Below, one piece after another: positions 25,801 to 47,250 of a stretch of DNA of 64,000 bases. Below the pieces are notes generated by a model. The model saw nothing but the letters and a program-made list of their open reading frames with translations. It ran no database searches and was not told where the DNA came from. The stretch is from the NCBI GenBank assembly GCA_964035545.1, contig OZ037767.1:15901092-15965091 (forward strand). Direction: 5' to 3'. The translations under genes were made by a program, and so were the position numbers. The DNA comes from Bugula neritina (Eukaryota; Animalia; Bryozoa). Numbering within the stretch: position 1 is the first letter of the stretch; each line of letters opens with the position of its first letter.

Positions 25801-28800
25801 TCTCAAGTTTGAAGTTGGGGGTCTCAAATTCCAACTTCAACCCCCAACTCTGAAATTGAGAACCCCACATTACTGCACTTACTCACCCCTAACTTAGAAC
25901 TACTTATAGAACTATTCAACATTTGTATTATTTTAGCATTCTCTGAGAGCTTAGTCCAAGATATCTGTTCTCTATCGGAGAGTTCCTTGACCCTCCCGCA
26001 AGGAAAAATTTCCAGTCCAGGCTACAGGCAAGGATATACTGGAACGCTGGATTGCTCAGTATACATAAAAGGGTGAGATAATTTGTGACAAATACCCTTA
26101 CCATTTTATACACTACATAATATGTTAGCTTTATTCAGTTTGAAGTTTGTTTAAGTTTACTTTTTAATGGTAACTTCTGGAAACTGATTCAAATTCCATC
26201 CTTAAAATACTTGCTACAGCTCAAACCTTCCTGCAACATGTTTATCACTTCCCTTATACATTCTTATCTTTTAAAGGTCTAACTCTGTGCCTTGTCTTCA
26301 GCACTATAATTAAAACATAACTAACTTATCTTCAATTATCAATACTATATATTTTTATTGTCACATGATGTAACTGCACAAAGGCACAATATTGTATTAA
26401 ATGCAATAAGCTTGTCATGCACTGTTTAAAAGTCTATATTAATTTGTCTCTCTAAAGTCTAATATAATTGTATATCTCTAAATAAGAGGAAATGCAGGTT
26501 TCATGGTCTGACAAAAATTCCCGTTTTCACCTTTGGTAAAAAGTAAAATTTGCCCATATGTGGTATGGCAGTTATACTTGTCTTGTTGCTTACTGACTCT
26601 GCTCTGAGTCATGTTTCTAAAGCTACTGATCACCAGATAGCCATTTCTATCACCATCTGCTGATGTCAGTAGCTTCTAGATTATTCTATGTGAATACTAC
26701 ATCCTTATACTTATCGGTACCCATTCACATTTAGGTTTTGAGACTCTACAACTAATTAAGGGCAATTTCCATGGTTATCTAGACTATTGACTCATCCACC
26801 GTATCAGCCATCAAATCACCCTCCCTCTGCTCTACATACTCCATCAGTGATTCATGCAGAAGTCAGTATTTCCTGTCCCACTAGTCAGCTACTGTCTCAC
26901 TATTATTCCTTGCTGCTGTATCAACATACATTCACCTCTCCTTGTTTATCTTGGACACTCACTAACCTAAATATTTGCACTCAGGTTCCAAATTCCTCAA
27001 CTCCCCAATACTGATAGATTCTGACAAATGGTTGACTTGTTTATATGAAGCTAATTTAGATATCAAAATGATATCTATTTATATGCACATAGTTGTTGTC
27101 TTCTTATAGTTAATACGGTCTCATGACTTCAACATTGCCAGGTAGGCTCAGTAATAGAGATATTGAGAGGAGCCTGTGTTCTCAAAAGAGTTTCAACCCG
27201 TACCCCAAACCAAAATCTAATAAATTAATTAATGAGCTTAGGCTATCTCAATTTCTCCACTACTGCTCCTAAATGCAATGTGCCAGTTTTCATTGCTTGC
27301 TTTCTTCAGTTTTCTCAATTGGCACAGTCCAGTTTATTTAGTACAAACTGAATTTGAGTTTGTCAGTTTATATATTGCTTGTTTTTACATGTTTGTGATT
27401 GACTATACAGACTCAAAATGATTTTAATTAATGTAAAACTATCTCAAAATTAATAAACTTTTCATATTTGGCTGGGAACAACAGTACAATATTGTATAAA
27501 CTCATTAAAAAGTTCGTTTTTTTAGCTAATTTCCTATATAAGACAGTTCAAAATGAGTGGTTTTGACATCTTTCAGGATTTATAAGTTTTACAATTCTAA
27601 ATCAAGTTATATTTTATTTACATATAACGAAAGAAAAATATTTTATCTTCACAATGATGTTTTATTTGCAGGGGTCTCGTACAGATTTAGTTCAGAAATG
27701 ATGTTTTAAGTAACACAAGCGTCAAATTTCTTACCTAATCGAACTGCATCGTACTTACTCACGCCATTACTGATTACATGCTTGCGGAGTTGTCCGTCTA
27801 TAACTAAATTTATTTTCGAAATGCTTTCCTATTTTCAAAGAAATATCTCAAATAAAATGGCCGATGTTGATTTGTTTTTTAATTTTAATAATATTTCAAA
27901 GAAATATTTTGAAAAATACTTGTCTTATTATAAAAAAATAAAACTTATTCAATTTTATCAATTGAATTTGCTCTTTTATTTTTTTTCGGAATTAGTTTTG
28001 TCATTAGCCCGCGAAATATTAATTCTAACTTGATGAAATATCGTTTCGTTCTGCTGCTTAAATTTCTTAATAAGAAAGTTTTGGTATATAAGTTTACTTC
28101 TTTTCAACCAATATTGTGTTTGCTGTTGGATAACTTTTGATCATTGTTGGTAAGTAGCAAATTATTACACTATTGGGCTTATTACAAAATTTAGAGTCAT
28201 TGTGAATATGAAATTAATGGGAAGATATAGCTGCAAGCACGAGCACTGGTAGTAGTTGTAGTAGTATTTATACTCATTATAACTAGAAGTATAACTATTA
28301 TTATGGGAGTTTTGATATGTTATAATAATTGATATAACTGATAATCAATAATAACTAATGATTTTATCAGTACGAGTTAGAGTATTGCTGGTACTTGTTG
28401 TAATTTCAAGTTTATTTACTTTCATTTTGTCAACAATATGAATATTATTCTAAATATTATAATTACATACAAATTCAATAAAATTATATATCATCATAGA
28501 ATAAATGTTTTATAGGTAATTCTTTTGAATTTAGTATATTTTGCAGTTTTTAGTTAATATATAGTATATTTTGCAAGTTTTATTTAATTGAGTCGTACTT
28601 TAAATAGCAATATGAATTTGATTAGAAATAATCAATGTAAATTGTTAGCCACCTTCTTTTAGTTTTTAATCCTACAACAATAATAATATTAATATAACAG
28701 TTTCAAGTAATTCGCTTGAATTTAGTATATTATTTTTTTCAGTTTTTGTTTAATTGAGCTGTACTTCAAATATCAATACGAATGTGATTAGAATTAGTCA

Positions 28801-31800
28801 ATGATAATTGTTAGCCACATTATTTTAGTTTTTAACCCCGAAAACGTGCAATGACACTTACTTTCAGCTTTGTATTTGTATTGGTATAATTATTTAATAT
28901 ACTTGAAGACTGTCAATATTAAGCTCAAACTAATAACTATAAATTATATTAACTATCTTATTGAATAATTACGATTTTAAATTTGACTTTGTTATTAATG
29001 ATTATTTTACTATATCACTCACTTGATATTTTTCTAATGAAGCTTGAAACAACACGGTTTTGTATTTTCATGTGTTCGAAATTTGATCTGTCATGAGTAT
29101 TGTGCTGAAACTAATACTTTATTTTATTTTTTTTCTAACTCAGTTTGGTTATACTTCAAATGTGATTGTGAAAAAATAAAGGCTTGCTCATAGTTATTTG
29201 TCAAATTAAAATTGTAATATGATGTATTAGGATGCAAATATAAAAAAATATCATTTCGATTAGAATTTGAATATAATCTCAATTACTGACAACTATCAGC
29301 AACCAACTATAAAACTTAGAATATTTTATTATAGTATTATAAAATCTTGGTAGATTTTAATTGAAATTTAAATTTAAAATATCCATGAGTAATATGTTAA
29401 ACTACTAACTAAGGTAGTGCGCCATCACTTTGCTAGAATTTCTTTGTAGTATAACATAGTTCATCAGTGACTGTATACTTTATACTATAATTTCAGCCTT
29501 TAAAATGGGTCCTAAAACTAGATCTGCTGTTATTTCAAAAGCGCAATACCTGAGAGAATATCGAGCCAATTTATCTCCAAGTGTGAAGAAAGAGCGAAGT
29601 AGAAAACGAGTGGAAAAAGCTCGTCTTCGACGACAAGCTCTTCGGGAGAAAGCTAGACAAGATAACTTGAATCTTAAAAAAGCTCGACGTGCTGAAACTA
29701 ACAGGCGGTATAGGGCCAAACAAGACAGTCTTAAAAAGCAACAAGCCCTATCCACACCATCGACGAAAGCAAAACACATTGCTCAGCTTATAGACAGTGC
29801 TTCACCATCAACAAGTGCTTGTTTAAAAAGCTGCCACTTGAAAAAATCTCGAGAAAGAACTGCTGAGTATAACATTGTGCAAGCTGCGTCCAGCACATGT
29901 AAGAAAGTTCCAGAAAGTACCCCTAGGGTGGTGCGGAAATGGTACTTTTGCGAAAATTCCAGTTGTCCTTATACCAACAGCAAAATATGACAAGATGCTC
30001 GCATGCTTTTAATCAAAGCATGAAATTAAACATTATAAAATCACAGTCTTATATGAGGTCATTCAAGTTTCATGAAGCTCTTCTTTATCTTGCGACAGCG
30101 ACGTTGCGTCATGCATATGAAAGACCCCCATGGTAAATAACCCTACATATTAGGGTACAGCAAATCCAAACACCTTAACAGGATGTAATTCTGTGCATTT
30201 CCATACCTAAATACAAGAATATATGACATAAAAAAAACCTAAATATTTAATTAATTACGTTACGTCACGCATATGACTGACCCCCATTCAATTGAAATTT
30301 AGTAGTATATTTGAATTCAACATAAAAAATAACCCCTATCAAGCTGAAAAATAAACTTCCCGACAGAAGGTATAAAATATAAGGCATCAACAACAATATT
30401 GTGTCTTTTCATTACGTTGCGTCATAGTCATGCTTGACCCCCTCTAATCAAAATTTAACTTGCATATTCAGATTCAGCAGGTAAAAATACCCCATGTAGG
30501 CTGTTTAAAAAAAATATAGACTCAAATATAATTTTCACTATTTTTTTTTGTGTTTGTACTAAATAAAGTGGACTGAGCCAAATTTTAGTTCAACTTATTT
30601 TTAAACTAAGCAAAAGAAATAATAAAAGGCAAGTTTTTCTGCTTTTTACAGAACTTTGGTTTGATGCTGAGGCTGAAATTATTTTAAATTTGCTTTAAAT
30701 ACAAGAGTTTGCTATTGAAATACAGGCTTTTTAAAATTCTGATGTTTTCATACTGAGTATCCTGCAGCATTTGAGTGGCTTTCAATGAACTGCCATCCAC
30801 TCAAAGTGTTTTTTCTGGTAACATCATGGAAGTAGCAACAGCCATGGACCAAAGTCTAATGTATCATCATACATCTCTCTGTTCAGAATAAAACTATAAT
30901 ACTAGTTTTACATTACTAGCTGTTGACATATTGTACCTTTAAAATTGTAAAAATAGACACATGATATATGGTCTTACTTAATATTTTTTATTGTGAGAAA
31001 CGCAACTACTGTAAGGTCTCCAGTCATTTAGTATTTATTATACTGTTAGAAAGGTGGGACGTACTGGATATTCCCAGAGTAAAGATAAGCTCTATGGTAT
31101 GCGAAGATGTCCCATAAAAGTAATATTTAAGGTAGAGTGACAGTGATGCAGGTGCTGCGTAGTGGACAGATGTAAATTTTTAGTGACCTGAGTTTATAGC
31201 TTTTGGTTTAGCATTTGAGCTATGAGCATGATGGCTCTATTTCATAGTCAAGCAGTGTTTTATGCTACAGAGATTTTGTTTCTACCTCTACATGCATCTA
31301 CCTGCCTCCAAATGCTTCTATCTATCTAAAAATACTTTTATCTACCTCCATCTTTCTTCTATATTTATCTTTCTATGTACCAGATGCCCTTTATTATTTC
31401 TATAGCTTACCATTTCCTGTTAACATTTTCTGTAGGTTTGAAGCTGTTAGCATAACCATAATGCACTACAATTTGAGGAAAAATCTATGCAGTGATGAGA
31501 ACATTTGTAACTGTGAAGACAGATTAGTTATAAATGGGACGGCTAAATGTGGCAGCTATACCAAACCTGCTAATCGAACTTACATCGGGGCAGACATTCC
31601 TGTCACAGTTAGTCTGGTAACCAACAGTTTGAAGCTCAGTTCCGGGGCCGGATTTTATCTCACCTATCAAGGTATGTTCTTTCAGTTTCAACCTAGAGTT
31701 TATAATCATTCAGCTCATGTTTGATTTTGAGTCTCCATTCCTGTGAAAACCTGTGATAATAAGAATTTTCAAGTATATATGTGTTGTGACATACGGATCA

Positions 31801-32148
31801 AGTGCTTTCTCTCTGGCATAGCTATCAATGCTTGGTGCATACTAGGCACTAGACTACAGCTTCTCTATTTTATAATGGCATAAGATCTATGAAAAATATT
31901 ATTTTTGATTGATTTCATTATTATTTATGATATTGATACATATTATATACTGATGATACCTTATATGATTTATAATTATTTATTCACCCAATAAAATAAC
32001 TTCATTAGGAAAAGTAAATTCTTGTTTTGGTTAATAGCAGAACCTAATTTTGTAATATGTATAATGTAATATAATGTATATAAGACAATATATATAATAT
32101 AACATTGGTAATGTAATATATACAACATGACATATATGTATCATAGTA

Positions 32149-32194
<46 letters not shown>

Positions 32195-32611
32195 TATGTA
32201 GTATGATATATAACTTTATTATTCATTATCACAATTGACTTCACATCAACTTTAAAAAGTTGTCTCCCTTCATCATTATATCTTGAACGAGCTAAAACTG
32301 TTAAGATTCTGTGATTATATAAATGTTGCTATAAACAAATCAGTGACATCATTTCCTGTTCCACAGGCTACTCGGGTGCTGTAGACATATGCAGTCTTCT
32401 CAACAATCAGGAGTTGTCAGTACCTGTCCTTATCAAATCTTCAAACTTTCCCAATCACTATGCTAACAACATGAACTGTCAGGTAAAATTGGCTTTTACA
32501 TGCTCTCTGTTGCTTGTACAGTTTATACTCACTCACTCACTCACTCACTCACTCACTCACTCACTCACTCACACACACACACACTCACACACACACTTAC
32601 ACACTCACACA

Positions 32612-32665
<54 letters not shown>

Positions 32666-32687
32666 CACACTCACACACTCTCACACA

Positions 32688-32734
<47 letters not shown>

Positions 32735-35503
32735 ACATACACACATACACACATACACACATACACACATACACACATACATACGCACGTTTTTAAAGCC
32801 ACCTATGAATCAACTTTACTCATGTGATGTCCAACATCTCTAACATTCAATAACGTTCATTCACAGGCAAAAATAAACTTCTCTAAGGCAGTTTCTGTTC
32901 GGATACAGATAATAACCATGTCAATGGAGGATTACGGATTCAATCAGCAATGCATCTATGATTACCTGGCTATTGGAGATGTCCGGTAGGGAAAGCAACT
33001 CCCGTTGCATAATAATAGGGAAATTATGTGGTATTGGGTTTAGTGAAGTTGTTTCTCCGTGATTTGCATATTATGTTTCTATTACAACTCATTCAGTTTA
33101 ACCACTAATTTAATTATCGTAATAAGACTTCGTACTACATAAGTGTGAGTTATTGAAATTGGCAGCTATTATATTTTAGTGTGAAGCTACAATTTGCATT
33201 GTTATTTTGTAAATATATTATCATAAATTCTTTGCCGGTTTTTTCCCCTAAACAGTATATGCATCCATTGTAATATATATATATAATAGCAATCTTTTCA
33301 ACCTGAGTTCACTAAAACCCTGCTAATCTATAACAATTGTTCCTGTCATGTGTAAAAAACATTTTCTAAACTTCTGCTATTCATTCTACCCCCCCCCCCC
33401 CTTCGTCTTCATGATTATACGTGTTTTAGTTACTGCGGGAGGAAAGACGGATACATAATCCAACAGGAAGTTAAAACGATACTCCTAAGTTTTAAGTCGG
33501 ACGGCAACAAGACTAGTAGCGGATTTTACCTGCTCATTGAGCACGTGCAGCCCCCGCAACAGCCAAACATTGACAGGATATTGACGAATATAACGGAAGT
33601 CGTAGCTTTAACTGGTTCAACTACAATACCAACTGTCCTGTACACTACTACACTTACAGGTACACTATGGTTCATGCATGCATAGCAGGGCTTATATACA
33701 ATTCCAAAATTTGTGTTCTAGCTATAAATTGCTTTGTATACTGTGGTATACTGCATTAAATTCCATTGTATTATTGTATGTTAGCAATTGTGATATTAAG
33801 ATAAGTTTCGTACTATTTTACATTATTTATATTACTTGATATAATAATAAATTTAATTTTATGAGTTATTGATTTTTATTATGGTATGCTTTATTATATA
33901 TCATGCTAGAATATTATATTGAAGTCATTTTTTATAAACATTATAAAAAGAACATGGTTATTACATAATTATTTGTTTAAATAATATAAGTTATAAACAA
34001 TATATTGCTTCAAGGAAATTTTTGCATAGCTTCTGTTTATGGTCATTCTACATGTAAATCAAGGAATTTGTAAGTGAAAGACTTTTAATTTCCTTACATG
34101 TATGTTGCAGTCCCAGAACCTCATATCTCCAGCGTTACCAAGGCACATCCTAAATTAATTGACTCAGAGGTTTCTCAGGAGAAGGAGGAAGAAATTGTCG
34201 ACTACAAGAAAAATTCTGATCTCATAGGTAATGGCAAAATATTTATGATACAGTTTGGTTATTTTATTGTGTGTGTGCGTGTGTGAGTTATAAACACGTC
34301 ATCTGTATTGAGCATCATTACATGAGTTTTACTTTTTAAAACAGAGTTTTGAATAAGAATTGAAAACTCCAAAATATGACTCATAAATGACTATTTCATT
34401 GCAGTGACCGTCAACAAAAGTATACACCAAACAGAAACTCTAAGCAACTACTCTCTCCATGACAATGGTAAGAGATTGGCAATATACAAAACACAATACA
34501 ATTAAACTATTATATATTGATCTATTGTTATCTTATATTTGCAGTGTATTGTGTACCCCTTATTGTTACAGCTAGCTCCACCACTGCCAACCAGTGCCCT
34601 GTACCCTGGTACTTCTGGATATGCTCTCTGATAGTTGTTCTAGTGGCTGTGACTATCACCATCACTGTCTTCCTCATTAAACTCAAAAAGTATGTTACAT
34701 CTATTATACTTATAGCTACTAAGTATATCTATTTACAATGTATAGACACTTGATATTATATATAAATTGAATTTAGCTCTTTTTGTGTTACTGTTGTATA
34801 TTTGTATTTTTTTGTCCTTTTGTTTTTTTTTTTTTGATGAAAATAAAGAAAACAAACAAACTGTAGTGTATTGGCTAACCTTCATCTTTACAACACGCCT
34901 TGTTCTAATTTCATACTTGCCAATAGTACGCTATAAGAAGTTCTGTAAAATCACATTTTGTATATTGTATTGTAAAACTTTTAGTTTTTCATCGAATCAT
35001 GGAAAATAAATCTCATTGATAAAATAAACCTTAGCATAATTGAATAAAATTGGTTAAATTTAGATTATCAAACTACAAAATTTAATTTAAAAATGTTGTA
35101 GAGGATCTATTTCATTTTCTAAATTATTCACCCAGAATGGTAAAAATACATTATAAATCTACGAGCTACTTTCTTAAACAAATTCAACTCAAGTTTAAAC
35201 TTGTGTTTTTGTAACTTCAGGTTAAAAGTTGCCATATCCAGTCAGTCGTATTCTGATACAGAGAGCTCCAGAGACGGACTCACCAACCCTGTATACTACA
35301 GCCACTCCCACCACAATCACCGTAACGGCACAGTGCCCCGTAACGGCACAATGCCCCCTCATGGTACAATGCCTCCTCATGGTACAATGCCCCCTCATGG
35401 TACAATGCCTCTTCAGGGTGAAAGTATATATTACACTAGCAACGAATTTCCTCCCTGGGGGTCCAGGATAGTGAATAAAAACTCTGCTCAGACAACTGTA
35501 TAG
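22809..35503 (+). CDS. Type I transmembrane protein with four CUB-like domains, a Thr/Ser stalk, TM helix, cytoplasmic NPxY and PDZ-binding end; 12 exons, ~710 aa
   Basis: Exons: 22809-22887 (signal MPTFNLLAIFLQLSLIAAANG), 24189-24399, 25044-25468 (GC donor), 25937-26072, 31436-31671, 32367-32482, 32867-32985, 33430-33659, 34111-34227, 34405-34467, 34572-34689 (TM WYFWICSLIVVLVAVTITITVFLI), 35221-35503; total 2133 nt in frame. CUB motifs: GKISSPGY..LDC, SSNFPNHYANNMNC, CIYDYLAI..YCG, FKSDGNKTSSGFYL. Confidence 0.82.
24497..24648. mobile_element. MITE family with AGG..GAGAAATTGAGATAGCCT-type TIRs (other copies ~27141-27271 and ~60430-60593)
   Basis: The three copies share AGCCTGTGTTCT...CTTARGCTATCTCAATTTC and self-complementary ends. 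Confidence 0.65.
25751..25910. mobile_element. Palindromic MITE-like element
   Basis: TTCTATAAG..GGGGTGAGTAAGTGCA..TTCTCAA..GTTGGGGGT mirrors ACCCCCAAC..TTGAGAA..TGCACTTACTCACCCC..CTTATAGAA. Confidence 0.7.
27319..30581 (+). mobile_element. 3.26-kb TIR DNA transposon (probable deletion derivative) in intron 4 of the CUB receptor gene
   Basis: 30-bp TIRs: TTGGCACAGTCCAGTTTATTTAGTACAAAC against the reverse complement of the right end TTGGCTCAGTCCACTTTATTTAGTACAAAC (2 mismatches). Also an internal basic ORF and three ~155-bp-spaced subterminal repeats. Confidence 0.8.
29505..29990 (+). pseudogene. 161-aa Lys/Arg-rich ORF, probable truncated N-terminus of the element's transposase or accessory protein
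   Basis: ATG-initiated ORF of normal complexity inside the TIR element, with basic helical segments (YLREYRA..RRAETNRRYRAK). No DDE core is visible. Confidence 0.5.
32526..32785. repeat. (ACTC)n/(AC)n/(ACACATAC)n compound microsatellite
   Basis: Direct reading. Confidence 0.95.
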
Positions 35504-36104
35504 CTATATAAATATCCTAACTTTTATAGATTATATTTTATTCCAGGGCATATTGTCATTGTCCCTCATATATGTACATAACTATATTTTAAAAACTCTG
35601 TCTATTTCAATTTTTTATTAATAAACTATTACCAAAAGTACACGTGATAAGTATTGTGTTGTTGACTAAATAACTTGTGATGGAACAATTTTTGCTATGA
35701 TCAGCCTGCCATTGAGCCCCCTAAAATTTTAAAGTAACAAAATTATCTTTTTATGATAGCAATTTTAAAACTTTCATGCATAAGATTTAAGAAGAGCTTT
35801 AAGAAGATACGTTTTATTAAACTCGAAGAGCTTACATGATGTCTAATAAATAAAACCAATTAATTTTATTGAAGAGCTTCAACACAGATTGTAACAAAAT
35901 CTTGATTTCTGATTTTGGTATAACAATATCATATATCAATAATTGTGGTTTTAATAGTTTTTAAAGCTTGTAAATTATATAACTCATTTTAAAATATCTT
36001 AAACACGTTCAACTTCTCATATAAATTAATTGTCTGTACAAATTAGTAGAACTACTTTATATATGAATAAATATATTGAGGTCTTACACTCTTCCCCACT
36101 AGCT

Positions 36105-36282
36105 CTACAGTTTCTATATTTAACAGTTCCTATTCAACAGTTCCTGTTTAATATTCCTATTCAACAGTTACTCTTCAACAGTTCTTGTTCAACAGTTACT
36201 GTTCAACAGTTACTATTCAACAGTTATTATTCAACAGTTTCTGTTCAAAAGCTACTATTCAACAGTTTTATTTCTACAGTTC
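36105..36282. repeat. Degenerate tandem repeat of TTCAACAGTT-containing units
   Basis: Direct reading. Confidence 0.75.
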
Positions 36283-37129
36283 ATTTCCGCACTTGGTAAA
36301 TTGACTTAAGATGCATTGTCAACAACAAAGAAGCTCCCATATTATCAACTATGATATATTTTACTCAGTATGAGCATAGTTGGTAGTGGAAATATATAAA
36401 CTTATTTTTTGTAAATAAAAAATTTAAAATATTATCCAATTGCATTGAATTTCTTGTTTTTGACATTACGAATACCTTTTCTTAGTATATATAATATATC
36501 AATATACTTCTTTACACACTACAGCATATCATAGAATATGCTACATATGTTATAATACACTTGCACTAATTTTTACAAATATTCCAAACAGCTGCGACGC
36601 TTTAATGGCAAGTTTTAAGTTTCATGTTCAAGGTTCAAGTATAGTAATAAAACACTTGTGTTTGAGAAACGGACACCTGCATTGCTGTTATCACATCGCC
36701 TTAATATATGGCTAGGCAAATAATAGATATTGCAAACTTAGATGTATGATTTCAATCTTAATATAGATATTTTGTAAAACTTACAAATTTTGTAATTTAT
36801 TTGCTAATTAAATTTTAAACTTTTTAATATAATATCAAACTTGGCAGTTGTAAGTACAGCTGCATATTACGTACACAACTGTAGTACGTACATCTGTGGT
36901 GAGTAGAGTAGATGTTTTTCAGTCACATACTCGTGAATATATCTTTTATTAGTTTAAGTGTCCTAGCAGATTTTTAGTTCCCACTTCTGACTTTACATCT
37001 GTTGAGATCTTTACAGATGCAGTCCTCCACTTGAGAACCTGAGGCTATTTGTCCACTAAATAAGAGGAGGTCAAGCTACCCCCGTCCAATACTGAGAATC
37101 CCATGCACTAGCATGATATTTTGAGCATC

Positions 37130-37137
37130 TATAAAAA
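37130..37137 (+). promoter_or_regulatory. Candidate TATA box of the CUB serine protease gene
   Basis: CTATAAAAAGG 58 nt upstream of the ATG at 37188. Confidence 0.5.
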
Positions 37138-37187
37138 GGACATGGATTATGTCATTTACATTATCTCGCATTGGCTACAGAATAAGA

Positions 37188-45654
<8,467 letters not shown>

Positions 45655-46341
45655 TTCTGCTTTTGAAGATGTTAAATGCATTATTTGTCGATTATTTCAA
45701 CTATTGAAAACCTGCTACCAGTTTTATTTTTTAAATAAAGCTACTTGTATGCAATAAAATGAATGAACTCAAAAAGTATTGTTATTTAGTGTAATAAACT
45801 GGCTGGATAACCATTTAATACATGGAATAAACTTGTGGTTGAGCCACCTGTTTGTAACCACCATGTTGGCAGCCATTTTGATTGTTATGGTCTGATCAGT
45901 TCTAACAAATGCTATAACCCCTAATAATGCATTTTATAAGATAAACATAGCAAAATCCATATCTTTACATAATACTAACAACACCTAATATAATTCTATG
46001 TGCTACCAAAACTGTAATGTTCATTATAGTATAGTATAATGCTGTTTTAATGAGTGAAAGCATCTTTTAGGTAAAGAGCTTAACTTAAAATCAAAGCATC
46101 ATCACTTGTAATAAAAGTAAAGTTGACAAGTTAGCATTGATTAACCAATTTATAAAAAAAAATAATACATCTTCACTTAATGCAGTATGCAACAATATTT
46201 AATTTTATTCTTGCACTGATTAATTTGTATCTCTTAGACTTTCACTAAATCTGATGAATCAAAACCTCTTGTATCTACAAACCCAAACTTTGCAGCTCCA
46301 GAAGTTATATATTGCATAAGCTTTATAATATTTGTAAAATA

Positions 46342-46418
46342 ATTGCCCCCACCGGGATTCGAACCACAGATCTCCGGCTTGCAAGCATGCACGCTAACCA
46401 ATTACGCCACAAGGGCTT
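46342..46418 (-). repeat. tRNA-like family B unit (best cloverleaf mimic; probably not a functional tRNA)
   Basis: GCCCTTGTGGCGTAATTGGTTAGCGTGCATGCTTGCAAGCCGGAGATCTGTGGTTCGAATCCCGGTGGGGGCA: acceptor and D stems can pair, the anticodon stem does not. Confidence 0.6.
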
Positions 46419-46865
46419 CGGAATTCTAAACAACAATATTAAAATTGAATCTTTGCAAAAGCATGCTCGTATCTCAGGTATAAGCAAACAATAATTGAAG
46501 AAACTTCAGAATAAAAGAGCAAAAGCAAATTGGATTAAAGTACTCTACTGCTCTACATTTATGTTGGATACATTATATAATGAATAATTCTAGAAATTTA
46601 GGAACATCTAAATGATAAATAGAACAAATTTTCAAGCTATTTTAATAAAGTACAATTGAAAATATTTTTTCCAATAAGGTGTATCATATATTTTACTGTC
46701 TGAGCAATGTGTACACAGAAAAATTAAATAACCTGCAGAAGCTTTTTTTGAAATATAAATAAACTCGTGATCCAAGAGTTTATCAGATCTATGCATGCAT
46801 TCCATGGCGCACATTTGCACATTTGTATGTTACTGTTATAGGATCTTTATTTTCTGTTAAAGTAT

Positions 46866-47215
46866 TGTAGTGAGTCATGCAATGTACTAATATGAGAATC
46901 GTCCTCTCTCCGTTCTGGGAATACTAAGGCCCCTATGTAGTAACCAATCAGCAGCACCGGAAGATATGCTTCCGACTCACGTGACAGTTCCCGGGCAATT
47001 GACAATGATCACGTTGTTGTAAGCGAGGGCTTGAAGCGGAAACATGTGTTAGTAGTTGACTGATGTATAGGATAATTTGATGTAATGTTTGCTTTGTATT
47101 GTATTGTGGATAATAAACATAATTACTCGACAGCTACCCTAGTAATTGCTAGTAGAATAGCCAACTAAATACGCAAGTAGATAACTCACGCACAGTAATT
47201 GCACGAATTACTACA
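46866..47215 (+). repeat. 5' LTR
   Basis: Direct repeat of 51755-52104; AATAAA at ~47112. Confidence 0.95.
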
Positions 47216-47216
47216 G

Positions 47217-47234
47217 TGGTGGCAGCGGTGGGAT
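47217..47234 (+). other. Primer binding site complementary to the tRNA-Leu 3' end
   Basis: TGGTGGCAGCGGTGGGAT is the reverse complement of ATCCCACCGCTGCCACCA, the 3' end of animal tRNA-Leu(AAG/TAG) as recalled. Confidence 0.85.
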
Positions 47235-47250
47235 CTTGCGTATAGCAGTC

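Noticed and set aside
32414-32843. His/Thr-rich ORFs (also 39038-39262, 41152-41442, 54821-55200, 62698-62925)
   Set aside because: Microsatellite translations.
46342-46418. Functional tRNA gene
   Set aside because: The anticodon and T stems pair poorly, and it belongs to a divergent dispersed family.
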